From Eledone cirrhosa (Eukaryota): a DNA stretch of 64,000 bases. The translations under genes were made by a program, and so were the position numbers. The stretch spans positions 258,478,001 through 258,542,000 of the forward strand of contig OZ024742.1 of NCBI GenBank assembly GCA_964016885.1, read 5' to 3'. Below the pieces are notes generated by a model, which worked only from the letters and a program-made list of their open reading frames with translations, did not search any database and was not told the DNA's origin. This document shows positions 25,400-38,840 of the stretch, in pieces (the stretch's first letter is position 1; each line of letters opens with the position of its first letter).

Positions 25400-26726
25400 G
25401 ACCAGTATTTTTTTCCCTCTGGTAAAATGGTGTACATTATTCGATTTTTTCAGTAAAATCGGTTCTCTTAATAGAACATCAAAAATCTTAACAATAAAAG
25501 GTGTGAAATGATATTCACTATATATATATACACATACATATATTCACTACATATATATATATATATATATACATATATACATACATATATATGCACATAT
25601 ATTTCTTTGTATTGCACCATAGAGCATGTGTGTTTACGTGTGTCATTGTGTTTATATGTGGGTAGAGATGTGTGCTGATGTAGGTATGTATGTTGACGTG
25701 TGTATGTTGTGGGTTCGTCTTAGGGAGAAGTGTTTAGACGGGGTCCGTATTTGTTAATGAAGTAAGATTCCTTGCTGATACGCTGGGTGTGGGTTGCATT
25801 ATCTTTAAATTTGTAGAGGGGAAAGATTCTGAAGTTGGGATGATTTGGGGCGGCACAGGTATCAATGTGTTCACTCAGTGGTATTTTCCTGTATTCCCGT
25901 ATTTTAATTTGGGATCTATGGACAGTCATGCGTTGGCGGAGGCTGTTTTTGGTCTGGCCTATGTATTGTTCTCGACAACCTGAACAAGTTAATACATATA
26001 TTAGATTTTCCGATGCACATGTGAAATTGTGTTTTACTATAAAACGTTGTCCATCTTTGAAATAGAATTCCGAACCCTCTATTAGGTTGATGCAAATGCC
26101 ACAGTTGGGTCTATCGCATTTTTTTACTGTGGGTTTCGTTGTTGTGGTTGGCAGTACTTTGGCATGTGTTAAGATGTTTTTCATTGACTTGGATTGTCTT
26201 TTGCTCTTTATGATATCGTGTGTTCGTAGAATTTGGTTCATTCTATGGTCCTTTTTCAATACAGGGATGTTCTGGAGGATGGTGTCAAAGGCCTCATTGT
26301 TGAGGGGGTTGTGTGTGGAGATGTATGGAAGAGATTTTAGTTTTGGTTGATTTACTTTAGGGTGTCTAAGGTCCTGGGTACTGAGTTTTAGGGCACGTTG
26401 GATTCCATTGTCCAGGGTAGTCCTTGCCTATGAGTGTGTCCTTTAGTTCTTGTAGCCGTAAGTAGCAGATGTTTTTATTGGAGACTATAGTACAGATTCT
26501 CTTGGCTAAGTTGTAGGGAATATTAATTTTAACGTGTCTAGGGTGGCAAGAGTTGAAGGGGAGACATTGCTTGGAGTCTGTGGGCTTGTAGTATATGTCT
26601 GTTTCTATTTTTTGTTATGGATCTTAATGAGGATGTCGAGGAAGGGGAGTTGTTGATGGCTGTATTCCATCGTGAAGTTAATATTTGTGTTGAGCCCATT
26701 TATAAGGGTGTGAAATAATTCTTTAA

Positions 26727-26732
<6 letters not shown>
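25400..26732 (-). mobile_element. 5'-truncated PLE (RT thumb + GIY-YIG; Neptune-like)
   Basis: INFTME...LPFLD, TDIYYKPTD, SCHPRH, CDRPNCGIC, LIYVLTCSGCREQYIGQT (ORF 25720-26259); truncated at (TA)n. Confidence 0.9.
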
Positions 26733-26802
<70 letters not shown>

Positions 26803-27629
26803 TATATATACGTAACAAATAAAACACAAGTAGAATGTTTAATTTTGAATTGGAAAGGCACATAGATTTTGATTTAAAATTGTGCAGGTAATATAATTAT
26901 CCATATCATGGGTAGATATTTTAGCGTATAATTTCTTTCATAAATACGTATGTTCTCTTTGCATGAAATTAATTAAAAGATATATTTGAAATTATTGATA
27001 TAGAGCAGTCATATTTGCAGGATTCTTATCTTATCAGTGCAATTGCGCTAGATTAATTAACAGGTGAATATCTATTACAATTAATCTAACCATTTAACGT
27101 TGGATATTGCAGCAATCGTTCATTTCAAAATATGTACACAAAAACACAAACACGTTTAAACATACATAAACACATACGTATAATATACTTAAGCACACAC
27201 ACATATATATGTATGTATCACACATATGTATGTATGTATCACACATTTGTTTGTATGTTTGTACGTATATATGTGTGTGTCTGTACGCGGGTATGTGCGT
27301 ATATGTGCGTGTATGAGTGTCTATGTGTGTGTGTATGCGTGTGCGTGTACGTGTGCGTGTGCGTGAGCGCTTGTGCGTGTGTGTGTGTGTGTGAGTGTTT
27401 GTGTGTGGGCGCACGCGCGCGCGCGTCTGTGTGTGTATGTGTGTGTATGTGTGTGTGTGTGCATTTTACACCTTGATTCACAAAACGTTTAATGTTTCAG
27501 ACTCAAACATTCTTGCAATTGTATTGATTGTGTAATTTTAGTTGAATAATTCAGTTCGCTGTCTGGAATCAAGATGATCTTCCGTCTATATCCATTGCAT
27601 CGATTAAATATTCATTTTTATTAGAACTT

Positions 27630-27925
27630 TAAACATGCTAGTTGATAATCCTGTGTTCGATTCCTGTCCATGTGCTGTTGTTTCTTTTTTTTTAATGCAG
27701 TTACTTTTTTATGTAGCTCCATTCCATTCAGCTAGTAAATATGAATTATACATTTAAAGTAAAATGGCCAGCCTCGCCATGCATTATGTCTCTTTGAATC
27801 TCACTGAAAATTATTCTAGGAGTACACATATCTGTGTAATGCACAGTCACTTGCAATCTGATTTCATGTGTATGCTACTAAGTAGTTCGAACAATTGGAA
27901 CACTCGTGCCGAAACCGATGGAGGA
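27630..27925 (+). mobile_element. Old tRNA-derived SINE
   Basis: B box gtgttcgattcc, gctccattccattcagct, ggccagcct..gaatctc.ctga.aa body recalled from octopus SINEs. Confidence 0.6.
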
Positions 27926-28462
27926 CCAAGATCACAACGTCAAATTAAAGACAAATCGGTAATTTTTTTTCTGACAGGAGTTCGTATGCATATGACAATA
28001 AGGAACCAAAGAATAAAGAGGATAGAAAGAAAAAAAGGAATTACGCAACGAAAGAAAGGGAAATATGGGGAAGAGACAATCTGTAAACCCAGTCTTACTG
28101 TTATGTTACAGCCGCTATCCTACCTCTCAAGATTCCATCCTCTGGCGGGCTGCACTCTCCGGATTTCGAACAATAATGCATTCAAATTAATATATTCCAA
28201 CATCGGTTTCCGTATTGTGAAGTTTGAGATGGCGCATTGGGTTCGAATTTGCCTTCCATCATTTCAAATGTGGCAATGTGGCTGATTGTTCCTCAATATA
28301 TGTTTTCTTACTTACACTTTCTTCTTGAAAATATTGTTCAACTTGGTGCGAGAAGTACTCCATCGAGTTTAAAAACCCAAACTCGAAGTATGTCGCTAAG
28401 ACCCACCTGCGAAACCATCACAGGCTATAGGAGGGCCATGAAATGATTATTATTCTGTCATT

Positions 28463-28648
28463 GTGAATTGGCAGTATCGGTAGAGGGTCGGACGCCATGC
28501 TTTGCAGCATAGTTAGGTCCCTTTACGGTCTGAGTTCAAATCCCGTCGAAGTTAACTTTGCCTTTCATCCATACGGGGTCGATCAAATAAAGTACCAGTA
28601 ATACACTATGATAATTGCTGGCCTCGTGCTAAAAGTAGAAACAATTAT
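28463..28648 (+). mobile_element. SINE family A
   Basis: Same sequence as 21048-21240. Confidence 0.9.
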
Positions 28649-28944
28649 ATGCCTAGAGAAAATGTAATATATGTTTTCGTTGATTGAACCAGCACGTGAG
28701 GAGTTCAAGGCACTATGAAACCATCTAGGCGACGTGGCTTCATAAACAACATGAGTTTTCCTTAAATCGGAAAGAAAAACGTTATGCCTTTAATATTTTG
28801 GTCCGAGATAAATATACCCAGAATATAATGAATGAAAAACAAAAAAAAACACTGTCTAAAGTGTAACATCAAATATTCTGCTACAAGATTACCATCTATG
28901 ACGACGACACATTTAAATATATATATATATATTATATATAAAAA

Positions 28945-30053
28945 TGTTTACATATATATATACATACACATACACATACGTGTTTTGCAACCGGTCACTT
29001 TGTGGCTCAATGAAAAATTAAGAGATTAAACAGTCAGAGCAATATATCATAAAACATGTCTATAGAATCACAAGATAAAATATATACTATTTCCAATTAG
29101 CATAATTAACTATATAAAAATCGAATAGACCAGGCTATACGAATGAGGCTTCTATGAAGGAATCTCTGACAAATAACCAAAACTAGCGCTTCGCGTCGGC
29201 CGTAGTGGAATATTTATCGAATATTTCGACACGGAATCGCCTAGATACAGTCAACTAAGCAGAATTAGGTTTAAAATAAACTAGGAGAACATAGAATACA
29301 TTTAACACCTCTACTATGGTTTCGTCCGTGTTTTGAGTTTTCCAATAATTATGTAATAATTATATAAACTCGAGCGCCGGATTCTTCAGGAAGCTCGCTC
29401 ATATCTAGACATTAAATTTTCCAAAACGATCGCGCCAAGAATTCATTTCAAAATGGCTAAATATCGTGACGTAGTCGCGGTCAGGTTGGAAGGGGTGTGG
29501 TAGTTGCTTACGACTGGTGGCAATTTTGCTAGAAAGCACAGCACAATACAGCCAAATTTGTATCTCAGCCTAGTGGGAGATTATTACATATAAAAGTTTA
29601 CATATATATATACATACACATACATATACGTGTTTTGCAACCGGTCACTTTGTGGCTCAATGAAAAATTAATAAATTAAACAGTCAGAGCTATATATCAT
29701 AAAACATGGCGCTCGAGTTTATATAATTATTACATAATTATTGGAAAACTCAAAACATGGACGAAACCATGGTAGAGGTATTTAAATGTATTCTATTTTC
29801 TCCTAGTTTATTTTAAACCTAATTCTGCTTAGTTGACTGTATCTAGGCGATTACGCTGTCGAAATATTCGATAAATATTCCACTACGGCCGACGCGAAGC
29901 GCTAGTTTTGGTTATTTGTCGGAGATTCCTTCATAGAAGCCTCATTCGTATAGCCTGGTCTATTCGATTTTTTATATAGTTAATTATGCTAATTGGGAGA
30001 AGAAATAGTATATATTTTAACTTGTGATTCTATAGACATGTTTTATGATATAT
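28945..30053. mobile_element. ORF-less PLE pseudo-LTR array (direct repeat ~28945-29058/29595-29708; inverted repeat ~29043-29378/29709-30053)
   Basis: Near-identical direct and reverse-complement blocks; HHR on minus strand. Confidence 0.8.
29308..29393 (-). ncRNA. Type I hammerhead ribozyme with extended stem II
   Basis: cttc-CTGAAGA-atccg..gagttt...aaactc..cggac-GAAA-ccatag-TA-gagg; the inverted copy at ~29763 has perfect ccatgg. Confidence 0.75.
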
Positions 30054-30693
30054 ATTATATATATATATAAAATTTAAAAAATGGAGTTAAGAACACGCGT
30101 TAATTCCCTGTAATTTAATGAGCTCAAGGCTTTTCATAACACAGTTTATAGAGAAGAAAACACAAAAAGGTATGATTTAAATTACAAGGGGTAGGTAGAG
30201 AAGCACTAGAGTGAAATACATAAAGTCTGCGGAAGGAGGGGTAAATTACAATTTAATTTAAAAAATAAATCAAAATCGACAAACCAACCTTTTATAACTA
30301 TAAACACATGAACAAACTCTAATAATAGAATGTTTCACCATAACAGGTGTAGATTTCACACCGCTTATGATGTAAAGACAGTATGGTCGACATTTCTAAA
30401 AATACTTCAGACAACTAAAATAATGCACATGATAAAAAGAGACGAAAACACGCGCGCTAGAGAGTTTATAGTGGCTTGAATGGATGAAAATAGCGCTACA
30501 AATAGCAGCCCATAGCCATTCAATAAGAACCTCAACTTATATAAACAAATCAATTAGGAGCCAAAATATCAAATTAAAAAACGGAGTTAAGAACATATGT
30601 AGTCAAGTAGGCAATTTATAATACATATGTCATAGCAAACAAATTCATAATCGCTTCACGGCAACGTTCTATTTTTTCTTCGTGCAATTCTTG

Positions 30694-30741
<48 letters not shown>

Positions 30742-30745
<4 letters not shown>

Positions 30746-33272
30746 GATGTTATATTTAATTTGTTGGGATTCCAACAAACTTAAAAGTTTATAACTGATA
30801 TAGAGCACTCAACAATTTACCAGAGTAAATATTCAATATATTAATAAATGGAAACTATATTTATAAAACCATAATTATTTTATTATATATATTTCAAGAG
30901 CAACCAAGGCAGTCTTGGTGCGCTTTCATCAGATAAAATAAAAAATTTGTTTCATAAATAGTGACATAGCCGTGGCAAACAACCTTGACGGTTGAAAATT
31001 CGCTGGATAGTGAAAAGTTTTATTGAGGGTAAATCAAAGTTCTGTGTGAATATGCAAATGAATGTTCGAAAGTTGAAAAAAACAACCATTTAAATTGCGC
31101 TTTGGGAAGAAGAGAGAGAAAAGAAAAGACTGAAGAAAGGGAGAAGTAAGAAGCTTATCCGAGGATGAGTTCATATAACGTAAATATGTCTTATTCACAA
31201 ATAATTGTTAGAATTTTATTAAAATAAATATTTATTTACTATTATAATTATATAGAAAATTATATATAGATCAAATAAAGATATCTTAAAAATAAAAATA
31301 AAGATATATTAAAATATATTAAGATATATTAAAGTATATTAAAATATATTAAAAATAGATGTAAATAAATATGAAGTAGAAGCATAGGATAACATGTATA
31401 TAAGGATAGATATATGAGTGGATAGATGGGTATATCATGTTATAGGTGATAAATTATGAGGGATACTAGTTTATATTTAGTGTAAGTATTTAAATTATAT
31501 TAAATTAAATTAAATTAACAGTCAATAAGATTACTTATATGTTTTAATGTTTTACATTGGAAAAATATTGAAAATCCCAGTTTTGTTTATTTATTCGTTA
31601 TTATGAGATAATTTTGATAATATATATTTTAAGATATATTTAGCCAAAGTTAGTTATTGTGTATTACTCTAATATTAAATAATTACAAAAAATTACGAAA
31701 AATTAAAAAATCAATTAGAAGTATAAGAAAGTACTAAAACCATTTAAAAATTAGGACTATAAAATATTAACATTTCTAGACAAAATTCTTGAAAATTCCT
31801 GGAAAAATTTTCCAAGAGATTTTTTAAAATTCTCAAAAAGACTCCGAAGATAGTCAAAAACCTTTTAAAAACATTTAAAAAGTGTTTAAAATTAATTAAA
31901 AACCGAAAACTATTCAGGAAATATAATTAAAAGCCTAAAATTATTCAAAAATATAAAGATATATATTAAGAAATATTTAAAAATACTTAAAAATATGTAA
32001 AAATATTTAAAAATATTAGAAAAATACTAAAAAATATATTAAAAATATTAAGGTGACCCAAAAACTATTTTTGGGGGAACTAAGTAATTTTTTAAAAATT
32101 GTAAGTAATTTTTCTAAAAAGATTATGATCTATTTTGGAAGTAAGTTAAATAAATATAAAAATAAAGATATTTAAGAAGTAAAAATATTAAAAAGTAAAA
32201 ATTTAAGAAGTAAAATATTTAAGAAGTAAAATATATATATTTAAGAAGTAAAAGATATTTAAATTAGAATTACATTAAATTTAAATTTAAAGATTTAGAA
32301 TTTATGAACATATATGCATATAATTTAAGAAATGAGATTATAGGTGTTTGGATGAAGTAAACATTATGTAGAGAAGATTTAACGTGTAATTATATTTAAT
32401 ATATAGTTCTAAAAGTTGAGTTTTGGCGATGTTTACAAGAACTAAATAAATTGTTACGTAAATTAATGGAGTTCTTACATTTAAGTATGAAGAAAATGTC
32501 TTCAACACACAAATTGCAAACTTTGGATAAAGCTGTGTTCCTGTAAGTAGGTATTATGAAATTATATTCCAAGATAAAAAATAGTCTCTATTGTTGAATT
32601 TTAAGTTCCATATCAATTTGGATAGAGAAGTTGAAGATTTTTTACCAATATTATTAAACGAGCATTTATGGTTATTGAAACGAGATTTAAAATCTGTAGA
32701 TGTTGAGCCAACATAGTTAAAAGTATTATCATTTGTTTTGACATCGCATTTATAGACCACATTTTTAACTAAACAGTTATTACATTTATCAGAGTTTATA
32801 TTATTCGGAACAGTATTATTATATTGGATATTGCTAGTGTTATTCTGGTTATTCTTCATTCTTTTCTTTTCTCTCTCTTCTTTTGTTTCTCTCTCTTCTT
32901 CCCAAAGCGTAATTTAAATAAACGGTTGTTTTTTTCAATTTTTCGGACATTCATTTGCATATTCACACAGAACTTTGAATTACCCTGAATAAAATGTTTC
33001 ACTATCCAGCGAATTTTCAACAGTCAAGGTTGTTTTCCACGGCTATGTCACTATTTATAAAACAAATTTTGTATTTTATCCGATGAAAGCGCACCAAGAC
33101 TGCCTTGGTTGCCCTTGAAATATATATAATAAAATAAATATGGTTTTATAAATATAGTTTCCATTTATTAATATATTGTGTATTTACTCCACTCAACTGT
33201 TGAATACTTTATATCAGTTATAAAAATGTTTAAGCTTGTTGAATCCCAACAAATTAAATATAACCTCTGCAT
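30742..33272 (-). mobile_element. PLE 3' fragment: GIY-YIG (~32410-32860), long AT-rich 3'UTR, pseudo-LTR, plus inverted pseudo-LTR copy (32860-33272)
   Basis: CNNCLVKNVVYKC..YVGSTSTDFKSRFNNH..LSKLIWNLK; 30742-31130 is the reverse complement of ~32880-33272. Confidence 0.85.
30876..30940 (-). ncRNA. Type I hammerhead ribozyme, intact core
   Basis: tattttat-CTGATGA-aag..ccaag/cttgg..ctt-GAAA-tatata-TA-ataaaata; plus-strand copy 33072-33136 has CCGATGA. Confidence 0.8.
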
Positions 33273-33282
33273 ATATATAATT

Positions 33283-33524
33283 TTGTAATAGACAACATCA
33301 TATAATTATTTCATTTACTAGTGGTTACTTGAAAGCAAACAAATTTGCTTTCAGTCATCAGAATCGAAAACGTCCTGGTGATTTTATTGAATGTGGATTT
33401 GAAAAACAAAAATATAAGGAATATGAAAGTGAGGCTGGAGGAAGAAGAAGAAAAGGAGAAAAGAAAATTAAATATATAAGTATAAAACACACACGCTTCC
33501 CCCCTCCCACACACACACACATTT

Positions 33525-33525
<1 letters not shown>
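33283..33525 (-). mobile_element. Pseudo-LTR of the 581-1950 family; HHR remnant 33309-33370 (GAAA mutated to GTAA)
   Basis: Matches 1690-1880 in reverse complement. Confidence 0.8.
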
Positions 33526-33557
<32 letters not shown>

Positions 33558-33562
<5 letters not shown>

Positions 33563-33747
33563 GTTTCTACATTTGGCACAAGGCCAACAATTACCCAGTG
33601 CACTACTGGTACTTTATTTTATCGACCCCGTAAGGATGAAAGGCAAAGTAAACCTCGGCGGGATATGAACTCAGAATGGCAAGGACCCTAACTCTATGCG
33701 TCAAAGCATGGCGTCCGACCCTCTACCGATACTGCCAATCCACCGCC
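33558..33747 (-). mobile_element. SINE family A
   Basis: Full head-to-tail match to other copies. Confidence 0.9.
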
Positions 33748-33811
33748 TATATATATATATATAATATTAATTCAAGATATTAACAAAAATAGAACTTCTT
33801 GTGTTCAAATA

Positions 33812-33878
33812 TATTTTATTATACATATTTCAGAGGTACTGAACTAACTTCAACAGTACGTCCTCATCATATAAAATA
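33812..33878 (-). ncRNA. Degenerate hammerhead ribozyme
   Basis: tattttat-ATGATGA-..gtactg/cagtac..-GAAA-tatgta-TA-ataaaata; first core C mutated. Confidence 0.65.
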
Positions 33879-34936
33879 GATGATGCATGACATACCCTGA
33901 CATAGTAGATGGTTAAGATCCAGTCATGGACTACCATGACTGGATCTTACCGAATAATTGTTCTCGGTATGGTGAACTAACTGTTGTGTAACCACTTCTA
34001 CCTACACGTCCCATGGACTGAGTGCTCTACCACTACGGATATAACCTTCCAGTGTTCTACCTCTCTCTATATATGTATATATATATATATCCTCACGACC
34101 CGGATGAGTAGACCTCGGCTGTATCTCTTTCCTATTTACAAACTAAGATAGAGGGAACCCCAAGCATACTTAGGTAGAAGTCGAATTTTTTCTTGTTTTC
34201 TTTTTTCTTCATTAGCTACACACTCTAATTACACTTAGGTGGATCTTTGAATATCTACACTATTATATTCAGTTTCCATTCTTCCTCATGTTACCCCAAA
34301 TATTTTCACTCCTATTAAATACACATAGTACCGGCCGAACACATAGCTATGTTTTTCTTTTTTGCGGGGTGTATTATTATGGTTGATAATATTGATAAAT
34401 TACTACATTGAGGCGCAGTTCTAATGCATTAGAGTAACTAATAACTAAATTTTATTAATTAGGAGTATAATTATTATTAAATTATATTTGCTTTGCTCTT
34501 TATCCAATTGTTAGACCTGCCATACACATTTTCACTTTACAACATCCCTTGTTTCTCATACGTTTTTACCCCTCTTTAAAGGTAGCTGTAAAGAATTCTC
34601 TCTTAACGCATGACCGACATGGCATCCACAGGTCAGAATGTCATCTTACTCACTCCCCTTCGTTGTGCAGGCAAGTTCAGCCACAACCACACCCGCCGCT
34701 ATGAAGAAATTTAATTATGCATGTGACATCCCAAAATCTTTCACCACTCCCCGTGACAGAAAAGAAAAACAACAATTTTTAGAATTGTTTGATATACTTC
34801 TACGGTGTTTTGATTTCATGCCCGTATATGGACTTGATAAGTTCAGCTAGGTCCCTACCGCCTTAATACTACTGGTTCAGTTCGGATCTATCTGACGAAA
34901 CGGCGGGATTTTAGCCGTCGGGGTCCTGACTCTTTT

Positions 34937-35031
<95 letters not shown>

Positions 35032-35039
35032 GCGAGCCT

Positions 35040-36582
35040 AAATATTAAGACATATCTGAGGAGCTTCCGATTCCAGAGTCAGGTTTGATCATTAATAGAT
35101 TGTGCCCTACAAGACCAGCAAGAGGCAGACCACCTACCATTACCTCAATGGCCAAGAAAACCCACACAGATAGATGGAACGGGTGGACCAGAGCCATACG
35201 GACACCCGAAAACCACGATGAACTGAAGAAAATGATTGCACATGCGGTAGGGGCCAGCATAAAACTAACTCTTAAGGAACATATGTTCAAATTTAATGGA
35301 AAAACATATGCCCAAGAGGAAGGAGCAGCCATTGGTGTTAGCATTGCAGGCGACATAGTTAACTTATTCATGGTATGGTGGGACAATAGACTTAAACTTA
35401 AACTTAAAGAACAATTAGAAGACTCCTTAACCCTGATAATGTACTCCCGCTACGTTGATGATATAAACATCGTAGTTAAGACACCCCCACTAGAGAACAG
35501 TCAGGAACTAGAGAAAAACACAATGGAAAGCATCCAGCAAATAGCAAACTCCATCCACCAGAGCATTAGAGTTACTATAGACTACCCAAGTAAACACTCC
35601 AACCATCGATTACCTGTACTAGACACAGAGCTCTGGTTAGATACCATTAACAACAAAAAACAAATCCTCCATTCCCATTATGCCAAACCCATGACTTCCA
35701 AACATCTGATCCACCGAAACTCGGCCGTTTCGGACCATACCAAAATCAACATACTGATTGCGGATTTGGTACGGGCGATGAGAAACGTGTCCCGCATGTG
35801 CAACCCCGAAGAACTAGAGAGACACATACAACACTTCATCCACCGCATGCAGTTCTCTGGCTACAATCAGAGAGATAAAATCAGAGTGTATAGAGGAGCC
35901 AGAATCAAATGGGAAAAAAATGGTAAATAATGACATAAATGGGACCTGCCCCTTGTATAGGAGCAAATTTCGGAATAGAATAGAAAGAACTAGGAACAAG
36001 GCTAATAGAATAAACTCATGGTATGATAGCAATAAATACCAGAGTGTAATGTTCATCGATACAGCCCCTAGAGGTGAATTAGCTTACAAATTTAGAAGGG
36101 CCCTAAATAAACATAAACTCAATATTAAGATAGTAGAAAGACCAGGTACCTCCGTAAAATCACTTATTAGCAAGACATACCCTTTTCAAAGACCCTCATT
36201 TATAGATAAGAAATGTATAACCTGTAAAATAAGCCCCCATATTAACTGTAAAACTAGAAATGTAGTGTATAGCATAAGATGTACTGAAGGACAATGTAGA
36301 GACAAAAATATAGTGTACATAGGTGAGACAGCTCGTAGTGTAGGGGAACGGCTAAATGAACACTGGCGAGACCTTCAAGATAGTAAAAAATCATCTGTAC
36401 TCTACCAACATGCTAAAATAGAACACAAGGGTAAATTAGAGAATATAGAAATAAAAATAGAATCTACACACAGAAAAGATGCAATGTTTAGACAAATCAC
36501 AGAGGCAATAAACATAAAAGAATTACAACCAAAATTAAATAGAAAATATGAGTGGAACAGCAACATCACAACTTACAATTAA
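35040..36582 (+). pseudogene. PLE RT-endonuclease ORF, single frameshift in the A run at ~35914-35920
   Basis: Contiguous ORFs 35085-35930 and 35920-36582. Confidence 0.88.
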
Positions 36583-36783
36583 GGACAAAATGAAAACACA
36601 CACACACGTAGAACAAACAACCAACCAGTAAGATGTAAATAAACAAATAAATAAATGAACATAAACAGACACAGACACCCGGATGTGGCCCATGCGCAGA
36701 CTGAGCACACAACACACACACAGAAACAAAATGGCGTAGGACAGAACAAAGGAGTGGCACAGAAACAAAGAAAGGAATCCCTA

Positions 36784-36826
36784 GTCACTGAAGAGGTCAC
36801 AGAGTGTGTGACGAAAGAACTATGAC
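36784..36826 (+). ncRNA. Minimal type I hammerhead ribozyme
   Basis: gtca-CTGAAGA-g-gtcaca/tgtgac-GAAA-gaac-TA-tgac. Confidence 0.75.
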
Positions 36827-37005
36827 AATATATAAACAACTATCTGGTTGTGGAACCAACCAACCAACCAGAAATTTATAAATTTATGAATTTATTATAA
36901 ATTTATTATAATAAATTGAAGTGAAACAACTGGTGCGTGTGTTTCTTATTGGCAACATGACCCTCCCAAAGTATAATAATAATATATATATATATACATA
37001 TATAT

Positions 37006-37058
<53 letters not shown>

Positions 37059-37083
37059 TACATATATATATATATATATAATT

Positions 37084-37189
<106 letters not shown>

Positions 37190-37277
37190 GTATATATATA
37201 CATACATAATATATATGTATATATATATATATATATACATAGTAAATATGTAAATATATATATGTATACATATATAT

Positions 37278-37336
<59 letters not shown>

Positions 37337-37496
37337 AAACTGGGACGGGAACAAAAACAGAGAGGCAGTACAAACAAATGTTTATTAGTTTCACGCTCTT
37401 GAGAATGTTGGGTGGGGGTTAGATACACACACACACACACACACACATATATACATATATGTGTGTGTGTGTGTGTGTGTATATATGTATATTTAA

Positions 37497-37537
37497 ACCC
37501 ATACTAGCATGGAAGATAGACGTTAAACGATGATGAT
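37497..37537 (+). mobile_element. Very short RTE-type 3' end
   Basis: cccatactagcatggaagatagacgttaaacgatgatgat with (GAT)n tail, recalled from octopus RTE ends. Confidence 0.55.
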
Positions 37538-37558
37538 ATATATATACATATACATACA

Positions 37559-37614
<56 letters not shown>

Positions 37615-38624
37615 TATAGAGAGAGAGAGTGGGAGAGAGGGAGAGAGAGGTGGCGGAGAGAGAAATAGATTGAAGAGATAATGAAATAACACATCATTTT
37701 CGAATACTATTATAGAAAGGACAAATAAACCTTCTTGAAAACAGGAGAAACACGGCAAATTAAAATCATCTCATGAAAGAGAAAAATATAGCCAGAATGG
37801 AGTAACTAAGACAGGAAGGAAATAGGATGAGAGAGAATAAGGGACAGGTCATTGAACATCATTAAGACATGTGTAACAAAAGATGAAAACAAATTAGCCG
37901 CGTGTTAGACAAAATCTCTGCACGAATCCATTCCAAATATCGGCACGATGAAAAGATGTTCCCCGAATAAAAAGTAAAACATAGAATCTGTTATTTTGGG
38001 CTAAATGTTATATAGAACTAGAGTAAAGTAAGTGAAGGAAGGAGTACAAATGAAATTGATAGTTTGAAACCAAAGAAAACAGTTATGGTTTATTTGGCTT
38101 TACACATTTCTTTATCTTTTCTGCATTTTCAGTAACGTGCTCTATTACATTATAACCGAAATTAATTTTAGCTGAATTATTTTAGAAATTTTAAACCTGG
38201 AAATTAGAATACTAGTAATATCAATGACAAAGTTCAAAATAAATCCCGCAAAAATTATTAAATATTGGCATAACAGTTAAGGCAATAGAATGGGTTCTAA
38301 ATTATACAATCATCTCTGGAACTATACCGCAAAATAGATTTGTTAATTAACCTGAAACGGATAATTACAATTTATTAAGCCCGTAAATATAATACAATAC
38401 AGTGAAGTAAAATAATAAAATAATTACGAATATTAATGATAATCTTAGCTTCGACATACTTAGCCTTCAGATTTACAATGTAATTTGGAATAGAAATTTG
38501 TAAAACTGAAAACTATTTCTCGAGGTTAATAACAGAGGAAGAGGAACATAATTGATTCCTGCTGATTAGGTTTAAAGCGAGGAAAATGCATCTTACCTTC
38601 GACTTTTATAAAAAAAATGCTGCT

Positions 38625-38681
38625 ACTGCTGCTGCTGCTATAAAACGACTTCTACTACTACTATTAGTACGACTGCTATTG

Positions 38682-38738
<57 letters not shown>

Positions 38739-38840
38739 ATACTACTACTACTACTACTAGTACTACTACTACTACTACTACTAATAATAATAATAATTGT
38801 TTCTACTTTTGGCATAAGGCCAGCAATTACCCAGTGTATT
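38625..38840. repeat. (CTA)n/(TAA)n array followed by a 5'-truncated SINE A 3' end (38795-38840, minus)
   Basis: ctaataataa at both 38781 and 38841 may be a TSD. Confidence 0.8.

Larger units (their letters stand above)
35028..36978 (+). mobile_element. Young 5'-truncated PLE (RT + GIY-YIG) with 3' pseudo-LTR, in (TA)n
   Basis: YAQEEGAAIG, YSRYVDD, IDYPSKH..LPVLD, NVVYSIRC..C..VYIGETARS..RLNEH. Confidence 0.92.

Noticed and set aside
28060-28440. Possible decayed LINE RT fragment on the minus strand
   Set aside because: Only a faint resemblance; no intact motif
30380-30415. Minus-strand CTGAAGT-attttta-GAAA-tg-TC minimal HHR-like string
   Set aside because: Core mismatch, no stem II and weak stem I
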